Source: Candidatus Atabeyarchaeum deiterrae
GTDB taxonomy: Archaea; Asgardarchaeota; Atabeyarchaeia; Atabeyarchaeales; Atabeyarchaeaceae
Direction: 5' to 3'
DNA: 64,000 bases
Assembly: GCA_037310415.1 (NCBI GenBank)
Contig: CP147780.1
Coordinates: 896,001 to 960,000 of the forward strand
Shown here: positions 1 to 9,048 of the stretch, in pieces
How positions within the stretch are numbered: position 1 is the first letter of the stretch
Layout: every line of letters begins with the position of its first letter
Translations under genes and position numbers: made by a program
The notes under the pieces: model-generated
Database searches by the model: none
Told to the model about the DNA's origin: nothing
The model's input: the letters and a program-made list of their open reading frames with translations, nothing else

Positions 1-204
1 ACTCCTTTGATAGTACCACAACACAAACATGATTCCTTATTTCTATTTGATTACCTGCGCTATCTTATAAACTATGAAGAGACCAGTCTCCAAGGAACAG
101 AGCGCAGCCTACAAACTAGTGCTATATCAGAATTAAGCTATGACGCACTGAAATATAGCATGGAAGGTTCTAAAAATATAGAAGTAAGGGCGAGTTGCAT
201 AGCC

Positions 205-1398
205 CTAACGGTTTCCAGGCAAGGTTTCCTTCGTGTAGAACTCTGCTGAGTATTTCTTGAGCTCAGCTTCACTCCAAATCCAGCCTTTCTCCCTCTTGCC
301 GTCTACAAAGATCATTCTATCGGTGCAGCTGAAACATGGGTCAATAGCAGCCAGAACGATTGGTATGTCTGCCAAATATCCTCCTTTCAACATCTCACAG
401 ACAGCAAGAATATTCCCCAAAGTCGGAGCTCTGACCTTAACTCTCTCAGGCTTGTCTGAACCGTTTGATTTTACATAGTGGATGAGCTCACCACGAGGCG
501 CTTCAATCCTGCTAACAACTTCCGCAGGAGGTATTTTCCTAATGAGTTTTGTTCTATAATCACCTTTGGGCAAGTTTTCAAGAAGCCATTTGCATATGTG
601 AATGGCTTGAACTGTTTCACCAACTCTCACGATAACTCTTCCTGCTACATCACACATATCACTTGTAATGACCTCAAATGGCACCTCATCATAGGCAGCA
701 TAAGGATCGTCGCGTCGCACATCTGACTTTATTCCACTGGCTCGCAGAGTTGGACCCACAGCACACAGGGATCTTGCAACTTCGGGCTTCAGTATTCCTA
801 CTCCAACTGCCCTAGATAGCAGAGTCTTTTCAGTCAAAGCTACCTTCGTGTAATATTTCGTACGATCCTCAAGGACTTTAAGCCACTTGGTTAGCTTACT
901 CACTTGTTCTGGCGTGATATCTCTGCGGACTCCGCCAATGGTGTTGATAGCATAGTTGACACGATTGCCCGTCAACATTTCGAGAGCTTCCATTATGACT
1001 TCCCTGTCCCTCCAGACGTACATTAGGAATGTGTCCCAGCCAATCTCGTGTCCAGCTACACCTAACCAGAGCAAATGGCTATGAATCCTGTTCATTTCCG
1101 CTACTAGTGTTCTAAGATAGATTCCCCTAGGAGGCGCCTGGATGTTTCCACACTCCTCTACTGCTTGGCAAAAAGTGGTGGTGTGAGCATGTGAACAGAT
1201 ACCGCAGATCCTCTCGACCAGGTAAATGTCTTGAAGGTAGGTTCTGCTCTCACAAGCCTTCTCTATACCCCTATGATTATAACCAACCCTCGGGGTGACG
1301 TTAACAACGTATTCGCCCTCAACATCGAAGGTAAAGTTGGCAGGTTCCTTTAATGCAGGGTGTTGCGGCCCAATCGGAACTTTGAAGGTTGTAACCAA
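205..1398 (-). CDS. Group 4 [NiFe]-hydrogenase large subunit (NuoD-like)
   Basis: GPQHP, RICGICSHAH and DPCFSCTDR motifs (both Ni-binding CxxC pairs intact), EAPRGE, C-terminal extension. Confidence 0.93.
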   Translation of the reverse strand: MVTTFKVPIGPQHPALKEPANFTFDVEGEYVVNVTPRVGYNHRGIEKACESRTYLQDIYLVERICGICSHAHTTTFCQAVEECGNIQAPPRGIYLRTLVAEMNRIHSHLLWLGVAGHEIGWDTFLMYVWRDREVIMEALEMLTGNRVNYAINTIGGVRRDITPEQVSKLTKWLKVLEDRTKYYTKVALTEKTLLSRAVGVGILKPEVARSLCAVGPTLRASGIKSDVRRDDPYAAYDEVPFEVITSDMCDVAGRVIVRVGETVQAIHICKWLLENLPKGDYRTKLIRKIPPAEVVSRIEAPRGELIHYVKSNGSDKPERVKVRAPTLGNILAVCEMLKGGYLADIPIVLAAIDPCFSCTDRMIFVDGKREKGWIWSEAELKKYSAEFYTKETLPGNR

Positions 1399-1487
1399 TT
1401 AGCTTAATCCCTCCACGGATGGTACTTATATGCCTGTAATCTTCAGATTTGAGATTTCGTTTTTAACTTCTTGTATTGTCGTGGTGA

Positions 1488-2006
1488 TTAATCAGCAGGT
1501 TCCTCAGGTTTCCAATCCTTTCGGAGTGGGTAGACCCCCTTTGGCCAGTCATCTGGCAGTTCAAGTTTTTCCAGGTTCGGGTGTCCCTTGAACTCGATTC
1601 CGAACAGGTCGTGAACTTCCCTTTCATATACGTTTGAGCCTGGGATAAGATCGGTTATTGTGTCTATCTTGGGCTTATTGCGTGGGACCTCGGCTCTGAG
1701 GTTCACTGCAACATTCTTTGCGAAGAAGTGGAAGATGACTTCCAGGTTATCGCCAAGGTCTACTCCAGTTATGGTCGAGAGATGGTACAATCCCCAGTTA
1801 TCCTTCATATACTGGACGGCTTTCTTGTGTGCCCCGGGCTTTACCTTCACAAATATTCTTCTAGCCCTTGGAATCTTGGACTCAATCAGATCCTCACCGA
1901 GTGCTTTCTGAAGTTCTTCAACCATAGCTGTTTCAGCTTCGATTTTCTGCGGCGGAACAGGTTGAGTGACAGTCTTCTGCGGAGCAACCTTCTTCTCTTC
2001 ACTCAT
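1488..2006 (-). CDS. NuoC-like subunit
   Basis: YEREVHDLFGIEFKGHP...YPLRKD motif; start placed at ATG of MSEEKK (the longer ORF overlaps the nuoB-like gene). Confidence 0.9.
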   Translation of the reverse strand: MSEEKKVAPQKTVTQPVPPQKIEAETAMVEELQKALGEDLIESKIPRARRIFVKVKPGAHKKAVQYMKDNWGLYHLSTITGVDLGDNLEVIFHFFAKNVAVNLRAEVPRNKPKIDTITDLIPGSNVYEREVHDLFGIEFKGHPNLEKLELPDDWPKGVYPLRKDWKPEEPAD

Positions 2007-2026
2007 GATTTCTGAACCCTCCTCGT

Positions 2027-2458
2027 CTAACTGGCCTGTATCTTGGCCAGTAACTTCGCTACACCGTCTATAATCGCCTCTGGCTTTGCAGCACATCCAG
2101 GAACGTACATATCCACAGGTATCACTTTGTCTATTCCCCCCATGCAGTTGTAGAGACCTCTGAATACTCCTCCAGACGTGCCACACGTGCCAACGACAAG
2201 AACGAACTTCGGGTCAGGCATCTGCTCATAGATCCTTTTCAGTCTGGGAGCTGATTGTCGTGTTGCGGGTCCCGTGACCACGAGCACGTCTGCATGTCTA
2301 GGAGAACCTTTCAAGACAGCGCCGAAGCGCTCAATGTCATATTTCGGAGTAAGCGCAGCAATGATCTCAATGTCGCACCCATTGCACGATCCGCTGTTGA
2401 AGTGCAAGAGCCACGGTGATTTCACACGAGCCCACTTAATGAGTCTTTGTCCAACCAT
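2027..2458 (-). CDS. Group 4 hydrogenase small subunit (NuoB-like)
   Basis: SCNGCDIE, SPRHADVL, VGTC, VPGC motifs. Confidence 0.93.
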   Translation of the reverse strand: MVGQRLIKWARVKSPWLLHFNSGSCNGCDIEIIAALTPKYDIERFGAVLKGSPRHADVLVVTGPATRQSAPRLKRIYEQMPDPKFVLVVGTCGTSGGVFRGLYNCMGGIDKVIPVDMYVPGCAAKPEAIIDGVAKLLAKIQAS

Positions 2459-2620
2459 GTTTTCTCCCTTCAATAAGAATCTCTGTCAGATCGACACTCG
2501 CTATGACCTTCATACTTCATGAGCTATTTATTCCTATTACTGTTCAACTTACATCAATCATCTTATTGCTGATGATTATCCCACTGCAGTGCTTCCAGCT
2601 TTATGGTTCCGGGGCGATCT

Positions 2621-3001
2621 CTACCATTCTCTTTCTTCTCCAGCTTTCCATATGGGGACGGCGATTACCGCAACGAACAACAGGAGTGTGTAGAGTAACA
2701 CAAGAATCAAGCCAACTGGAGTGATAGCGCCGCCTGTTATTCCAGTGAATATCATGAACGCACCGGATTCGAAAATGATGAAGAAGACGGCGTAGTAGAA
2801 CCTATGGATATAGAACTGGACGTTGCCCGATGGCACATCTTCGCCGCAGGCATATGTTGACTCCTTCTCCTTGCTCTTCTTACCTTTCGGAGCCATTCTA
2901 CGCCCTACGTAGTAAAGGAGAAGCGCGAATCCAAGACAGAAGAAAAACGCTATTACGGGAATACCAAGTATCTCGGTCGGCATCTGAGCCAATGAAACCA
3001 T
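2621..3001 (-). CDS. NuoA-like membrane subunit
   Basis: 3 TM segments, K..TYACGE, FY.YAVFFIIFE. Confidence 0.85.
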   Translation of the reverse strand: MVSLAQMPTEILGIPVIAFFFCLGFALLLYYVGRRMAPKGKKSKEKESTYACGEDVPSGNVQFYIHRFYYAVFFIIFESGAFMIFTGITGGAITPVGLILVLLYTLLLFVAVIAVPIWKAGEEREW

Positions 3002-3243
3002 ACCTCTTTAGCTGTAGAATAACTACAATGTGTGTAGAGTGAGATTTCCCCCCATATAATAAGCTTACGCTTTCCATGATAAGAGTGGGAAACAAGAGTC
3101 CAGAATTACTTAACTCGCTTGCATAATTGCTCGTGTCACAATCTGATGAAGCGTCTCTAGCCCCATACTTTTTATTTCAACAATACTCATAAAGTGGTTT
3201 GCCTCATATCTGGTCTGACGAATTACGAAAGGAGGGATAATGC

Positions 3244-4278
3244 TTAGAGAGATTTAGGTTAACCAAGTCAGTTAGAGAGCATGGTTGAAGCTGCAAGATA
3301 CCTCAGAATGAGTTGACCCATCTCCTAGAACGGGCTGGTCTCTCGCAGATCGTCGCCGGTGAGAACATTCTCGCGGGGCCGCTACCAGCTGAAGACGCAG
3401 CCATTATCAAGATAAACGAAGAAACCTGCCTTGTGCAATCACTCGACTTCTTTACACCAATCGTTGATGAACCAATAACCCAAGGAGAGATCACTGCGTG
3501 CAATGTCACTAATGACCTCTATGCCAAAGGTGCCATAAACGTCCTTGGCGTTCTGGTCATCATGGGTTTTCCACCAGAGATGCCCAAGCCGATTGCCGTG
3601 GATCTTCTCAAGGGATTCAGCAACTTCTGTCAAAGACTCGGGACTCAAGTGATTGGCGGCCATACCATAACAAATCCCTGGCCCATTCTTGGAGGAGCAG
3701 CGACTGCGTCAATGAGAATTCGAGACGTAGCATACAAGAAGGGAGTAGAAGCCGGAGATAACTTGATACTTACAAAACCACTCGGAGTTCAACCAGTAAT
3801 GGCTGCATACCGATTGCTTAAGGAAGAAGTTCTCAACGAGGAACTTCTAAGTACAATGTCCCGCAAGACTATCAACGAAGCAATCAAGAAGACGATCAAC
3901 TTGATGACAACGAGTAACAAACCTGTTGCCGAGGCAATGCAGGAAGTCAAGGTAAATGCAGCAACAGACGTGACTGGGTTCGGTCTCGTAGGACATGGAT
4001 CGGAGTTGGCTGAGCAGAGTCACGTCGACTTGGAAATTACGACAATGCCATTGGTGAAGGGGAGCATGCAGATATCGGACATCCTCGGCTACTCGCTCAG
4101 GGATGGGCGCGCTCACGAAACTGCCGGTGGCATGCTGCTTTCTCTCTCGCCTGAGAAAACCGAACAGTTTGTTGAAGTTCTACGTGAGCGCCGGGTTACT
4201 CCCTTCTTGATTGGAAAAGCAAGGGTCGGAACAGGTAAAGTCAAACTCGCTAAGGATCTGCAATATCTAGAAGTCTGA
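3244..4278 (+). CDS. selD: Selenophosphate synthetase, selenoprotein form (in-frame TGA 3286-3288 = Sec)
   Basis: Frame extends upstream of the 3313 ORF as LERFRLTKSVREHG-U-SCKIPQ, the conserved G-U/C-x-C-K site; DFFTP, LTKPLG, TDVTGFGL and ETAGG motifs; start codon uncertain. Confidence 0.93.
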
Positions 4279-4360
4279 AGCAGCACTCGATGAAGGGAGA
4301 AAGCAAACTACGAAAGTAGATTTCTTCCTGAAAGAAGCCAGAAGCGGGCTGGCTGCTTCA
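4276..4360 (+). promoter_or_regulatory. Eukaryote-like (type II) SECIS element in the selD 3' UTR
   Basis: ATGA 4290-4293; helix AGGGAGAAA/TTTCTTCCT; unpaired AAA; apical stem CTAC-GAAA-GTAG; GA 4330-4331; basal helix TGAAGCAGC/GCTGCTTCA. Confidence 0.88.
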
Positions 4361-4592
4361 CAGAACTGTTGTGAGAGATGGGAACCACGCTACCTGGTTA
4401 AATGAACAAAAGCTTCCCAACTTCTCACCAGATTGAGCAACGTTTAAATATTACATGCAATCTTCAACTTCAATCGTTCAACGTCAGGAGAGAAAGCACT
4501 GCATCGGATACTCTGAACGCGGATTAGATCTTTCACGCGTGTTAAGTTCTTACGCAGAACACACACATTCACCGTGGGGTTGAGAAGGAGAA

Positions 4593-4847
4593 ATGGATCC
4601 AGTTGCTCTGATCTTGGAAATCATCCTACTTGCCTTCACCGTGGTATTCGCTGTTCTGGCAGTTGAATTGAAACGCTTGATATATGCAGCTGTTTCCCTT
4701 GCTTTGATGAGTATTTCTATCGCACTCATATTTTTCCTGCTCTCAGCGCCATATGTGGGTGTGTTTCAGTTGCTAATCTATGCTGGGGCAATAACCATAC
4801 TCTTCCTTGCCACAATCAGTTTGACTAAAGGAGAGGAAGAAGAATGA
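4593..4847 (+). CDS. NuoJ-like subunit, N-terminal half
   Basis: 3 TM, APYVGVFQLLIYAGAITILF. Confidence 0.85.
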   Translation: MDPVALILEIILLAFTVVFAVLAVELKRLIYAAVSLALMSISIALIFFLLSAPYVGVFQLLIYAGAITILFLATISLTKGEEEE

Positions 4848-5158
4848 CCGAAAGAAGCTGGTTCATCGCAAGAATTACGGGAGCATTGCTCGCTGCAATT
4901 CTCTTTGCTATCATATCTACAATTGTTTTAACACGGATAGTTCCTTTCGAGCTTGACCAGTTTGAGACCGTTATCTCTAGCTCACTTATTCCGGTCGGTG
5001 ATTATGTGACTGCCGGCGTGAACGCAGTGAGAGAGTTGTGGGCTTATCGTGGAATAGATGCATTACTAGTGGGAATTGTCTTGGTAGTAGCTGCGATAGG
5101 CGCGGCAACCCTTTTCAGACTTGAGAAGGGAAGAGAGGAGGAAGCCCAGGAGGACTAG
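4844..5158 (+). CDS. Membrane subunit, NuoJ C-terminal-like
   Basis: 2 TM, LW.Y...LL.G.VL.VA.IGA pattern; ATGA overlap with the upstream gene. Confidence 0.65.
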   Translation: MTERSWFIARITGALLAAILFAIISTIVLTRIVPFELDQFETVISSSLIPVGDYVTAGVNAVRELWAYRGIDALLVGIVLVVAAIGAATLFRLEKGREEEAQED

Positions 5159-5163
5159 AATCT

Positions 5164-5487
5164 ATGACCGTTGATTTGGGTCTTGAGTTGTATTTGGGCG
5201 TTGCAGCTTTCTTGTACGCCCTTGGAATATACTGTTTGGCTACGAAGAGAAATCTGATTAAGGTCACAATAGGCATAGAAATCCTGCTAAGCGCAGGAAA
5301 CCTTAACCTCATGGCGTTTAGCGCATTTCGAGTCTTGAGCTTCGTCGATCCACTCCCCCAAGCCCTAGCCATTCTGTCAATTGTGATCGGAGGGCTTGTT
5401 GCCGCAATCGCACTTTCGATAGTAATCAACGTTTACAGACACTACGGCACATTAGATACCCGAAAAATCAAGAAACTAAAATGGTAG
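5164..5487 (+). CDS. NuoK/MrpC-like subunit
   Basis: KRNLIKV.IGIEIL, YRHYGT. Confidence 0.88.
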   Translation: MTVDLGLELYLGVAAFLYALGIYCLATKRNLIKVTIGIEILLSAGNLNLMAFSAFRVLSFVDPLPQALAILSIVIGGLVAAIALSIVINVYRHYGTLDTRKIKKLKW

Positions 5488-5513
5488 CCTAGTCCAGCGG
5501 AGGTAAAAAGACA

Positions 5514-7511
5514 ATGTTACTACCCCCATTCGACCCGTGGCTTGTCTGGGTAATGCCTTTAATTGGAGCCTTGATCGTACCGGTGATTGGCCGTTTTACA
5601 AAATCTGAAGGCAGCAGAAAGATCAGGGACATCGTTGCTGTCGCCTTCTCAGCGTTGGCAGTCATATTCGCCATTTCCATGATTCCTGATGCTTCAACCA
5701 GTCACGATTGGCAGATCCCATGGATCTCAGCCATAGGTATAAACGCAGGGGTTTTGGTCGATCCTCTAAGTGTTTTCGTGGCCAACGTTGCCGCTGACAT
5801 TGGCTTCCTCATAATGCTCTACAGTGTTGGCTACATGAAGAAGGAGGAGGATATGGATCGGTACTGGTTCTTCATGTTGTTCTTCATCGGCGGAATGATT
5901 CTTCTAGTCATGGCAGACAACCTTCTGCAAATGTTCCTCGGCTGGGAAATCGTAGGTATGTGTTCATGGGGGCTAATCGGATACTGGTACAAGAAGAGCC
6001 GAGACTATGATGACCCATGGATAGGCGTAATGCCAGAAGGTGATTACAATGCCCATGCGGGAATGAAAGCATTTATAACAACCCGCATAGGAGATATAGC
6101 CCTCCTCACATCTATCCTAATAATCTACTTCTACACTGGGACATTCAATTACATAGCCTTAAGCAGCGGTTCAGCTTGGACAGCTCTGTCAGTAGCTGGT
6201 CTACTTGTTCCCACAGCGTTACTATTCTTCGGAGGACCAATTGGCAAGTCGGCGCAGTTCCCGCTTGATGTCTGGCTTATGGAGGCGATGGCTGGTCCCA
6301 CGACCGTTAGCGCACTCATCCATGCCGCTGCAATGGTTAAAGCAGGCGTATACCTAGTGGCGAGATTCATACCCATTTTCTTTGCCGCTTCACTGCTGTT
6401 CCATGAAATGACGTTGTTCTTCACGGTGGTGGCGGTGATTGGAGCATTCACAGCATTTCTCGCCGCAACGATGGGCTGTGTACAACGTGAATTAAAAAAG
6501 GTGCTTGCCTGCTCAACCATAAGCCAACTTGGATACATGTTCCTAGCCTTAGGTGTGGGTGGTCTATCAATCTATGCGGGTTACGGAGCGGGCCTCGTTG
6601 CTGCAGCTTTGCTCCTAGCTGTTCATGCAATCTTCAAGGCACTTCTCTTCTTAGGCGCTGGCGCTGTTCTCCACTCGGTTGAGTCGATCTATATGGACGA
6701 CATGGGTGGTCTAAGGAAGAAAATGCCGATCACATTCATCTGCATGCTGATAGGCGTACTGTCACTCTCTGGTATACCGCCTTTCGCAGGTTTCTTTGGA
6801 AAGGAAAACTTGTTCGACCTTCTTTGGACCGGAGGGCAAGGCAGTATTCTAATAATGGTGCTGTTCGTCATGGCGGCTTTGACTGCGGTCTTCACAGTCT
6901 TCTATAGTTTCAGAATGATCGGTTTGACATTCTTTGGTCCCCAAAGTAAACACATCAAGGAACTTGAGCATGAAGGGCACGAAGTCCACGAGGCGCCTTT
7001 AGTGATGTGGATCCCCCTAGTGATACTAGCACTATTCACAATGTTCTTTGGGGCTCTGGGCCCGTATTTCATGACCTACATGGGTTACCCCGTAAGCTAC
7101 GCTGAATTCCTAACAGAGATATTCACACCTGTTACCTTCAGCTTGACCATAATAATAATAGTTGTGGGGTTCCTTCCTGCATTCTTCCTCTACTTCAGGG
7201 GAAGAGCCAATGCTGGAAAACCTGGAAGACAAGGCGGCGGGCTCGGCGCAGTCCGTAAATTCTTCTTTAACAGGTGGTATATCAACGCCTTCTACTACAA
7301 GGTCTTTGTTAGTGGTTTCCTAGGGTTGTGCAGAAAGATTCGCAGCGTAGTTGAGGAGAAGATCATAGACCGATTCAACTATGTTGCAGCCCGAGGTTTC
7401 GGGCGCGTAAGTAACGGTCTGAGGAAGATCCACACTGGAATACTATCTGTGAACATAATTTACATAGCAGCGGGGATAGTTCTGTTCCTTCTCATACTGC
7501 TACTGGCTTAA
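5514..7511 (+). CDS. NuoL-like antiporter subunit
   Basis: GKSAQFPL.WL.EAMAGPTTVSALIHAA, STISQLGYM. Confidence 0.93.
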   Translation: MLLPPFDPWLVWVMPLIGALIVPVIGRFTKSEGSRKIRDIVAVAFSALAVIFAISMIPDASTSHDWQIPWISAIGINAGVLVDPLSVFVANVAADIGFLIMLYSVGYMKKEEDMDRYWFFMLFFIGGMILLVMADNLLQMFLGWEIVGMCSWGLIGYWYKKSRDYDDPWIGVMPEGDYNAHAGMKAFITTRIGDIALLTSILIIYFYTGTFNYIALSSGSAWTALSVAGLLVPTALLFFGGPIGKSAQFPLDVWLMEAMAGPTTVSALIHAAAMVKAGVYLVARFIPIFFAASLLFHEMTLFFTVVAVIGAFTAFLAATMGCVQRELKKVLACSTISQLGYMFLALGVGGLSIYAGYGAGLVAAALLLAVHAIFKALLFLGAGAVLHSVESIYMDDMGGLRKKMPITFICMLIGVLSLSGIPPFAGFFGKENLFDLLWTGGQGSILIMVLFVMAALTAVFTVFYSFRMIGLTFFGPQSKHIKELEHEGHEVHEAPLVMWIPLVILALFTMFFGALGPYFMTYMGYPVSYAEFLTEIFTPVTFSLTIIIIVVGFLPAFFLYFRGRANAGKPGRQGGGLGAVRKFFFNRWYINAFYYKVFVSGFLGLCRKIRSVVEEKIIDRFNYVAARGFGRVSNGLRKIHTGILSVNIIYIAAGIVLFLLILLLA

Positions 7512-7528
7512 GATGGTGAGATTTCAAA

Positions 7529-9031
7529 ATGGTGTTATTTGATGCCTTGGGTGTAGCTCCTAGCTCAATATTACTGTTCTCATTTCTGTTAATCTTTGCC
7601 GGCGCCATCCTTGTCTACGGACTTGGACGATCCACTAAGAAATATACAGGTTGGATAGCAGCAATAATCTCGCTAGTCTCAACTCTTCTGGTCATAGACG
7701 TAATTGTGCCCGCCACATCGGTTTCAGGCGTCATGGCAGGGCCGTATAGCTGGATCCCCCAGTTCCTGAATGTTGGACTATATGCAGATAGACTGAGTTA
7801 CCCTATTCTCCTGTTGATAAGCGCTCTCGGAACAATTACTCTGCTGTACTGTGCAGTTGACGCGAAAGAGATGGAAAACCCGGCGGCCTTCTATGCGAAT
7901 ATGTTACTGTTCATAGGTGGCATGCTCGGGGTACTGTTGTCTACGAACCTAATAGAATTCCTCCTGTTCTGGGAAGTAATGTTGCTTCCATCCTTCCTAC
8001 TTATCTCGATGTTTGGGGTGACGATCGAGAGAAAAGCTAGCGCCCTGAAGTACTTCCTGTACACCCATTTTGGGAGTGTCTTTCTATTCGCCGGAGTTTT
8101 CTTGATCGGATTACTTACAAATACATTCGATCTATACACTGGCCCTGCAGTATCTCCGATTAGAGCATTCTTGCCGACTGTAGCCCAAGCTGTGTTTGTC
8201 AGTGCCGTTGCCTTGATTCTTGTAGCATTCGTTGTGAAGATGGCAATTTTCCCTCTGCACACATGGCTCCCTTCGGCATACTACGACGCTCCGATTCCAG
8301 TGACGTTACTGCTCAGTTCAGCTATGACGAAGACGGCCGCGTATGGAATCGTGAGGATACTCTTGCTATTTCTCGCTCCACAGTTGCTCGACCTCAGACT
8401 CGGACTGCTGATAGTGGCTCTGATAACGATGTACTATGGCGGTATACTTGCATTGGCTCAAGATAACCTGAAAAGTATGCTTGCATACTCGAGCATGAGT
8501 CAAATGGGATACATACTGTTTGGATTTGCAGCGCTCAGCGTCTATGGTGTAAGTGGAGCTTTGTTCCACGTGATAAATCACGGTATAGCAATGGCCATAA
8601 TGTGGATCGCCTGTGGCATTCTCTTGAAGCAAGCGGGGACATTTGAATTCAGCAAACTAAGAGGGCTTGGCGCAAAGATGCCAATAACCACAATGTGCGT
8701 TGTGATAGCCGGACTGGGAATAGCTGGAACACCGCCATTGGCGGGCTTCTGGAGTGAATTACTGATCTTCTTGGGTGGGGTCTATTACAGCGCGATCTTG
8801 GTTCTTCTGGCTATTATAGCAACCGCCCTAACAGCAGGATACTATCTGTGGGCGATAAGGAGAATCTTCTTCGGCCCCATAAAAGCAAACTTGAAGAATG
8901 TCAAGGATGCCCCAGTGAAGATACAGTTACTCATGCTAGTGCTTGCATTCTTTGTTGTTATCTTCGGAATCTTACCAAACCTAGTCTTGGGAGTGTTAAC
9001 TCCAATCTACACGCCTCCTCCGTTGGCATAA
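7529..9031 (+). CDS. NuoM-like antiporter subunit
   Basis: FWEVML, KMAIFPLHTWLP, AYSSMSQMGY. Confidence 0.9.
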   Translation: MVLFDALGVAPSSILLFSFLLIFAGAILVYGLGRSTKKYTGWIAAIISLVSTLLVIDVIVPATSVSGVMAGPYSWIPQFLNVGLYADRLSYPILLLISALGTITLLYCAVDAKEMENPAAFYANMLLFIGGMLGVLLSTNLIEFLLFWEVMLLPSFLLISMFGVTIERKASALKYFLYTHFGSVFLFAGVFLIGLLTNTFDLYTGPAVSPIRAFLPTVAQAVFVSAVALILVAFVVKMAIFPLHTWLPSAYYDAPIPVTLLLSSAMTKTAAYGIVRILLLFLAPQLLDLRLGLLIVALITMYYGGILALAQDNLKSMLAYSSMSQMGYILFGFAALSVYGVSGALFHVINHGIAMAIMWIACGILLKQAGTFEFSKLRGLGAKMPITTMCVVIAGLGIAGTPPLAGFWSELLIFLGGVYYSAILVLLAIIATALTAGYYLWAIRRIFFGPIKANLKNVKDAPVKIQLLMLVLAFFVVIFGILPNLVLGVLTPIYTPPPLA

Positions 9032-9048
9032 AGGGGTGAAATTGAACA

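Noticed and set aside
2484-2522. ATGA...CTGA hairpin on the minus strand before the nuoB-like gene as a second SECIS
   Set aside because: The stem is only about 5 bp, there is no AA motif, and neighbouring genes have no Sec codon; at most a K-turn-like element.
3199-3250. An intron explaining the missing selD start (UAUC/GAUA 4-bp helix)
   Set aside because: The flanking helices are poor, and splicing at the BHB positions gives the wrong frame.
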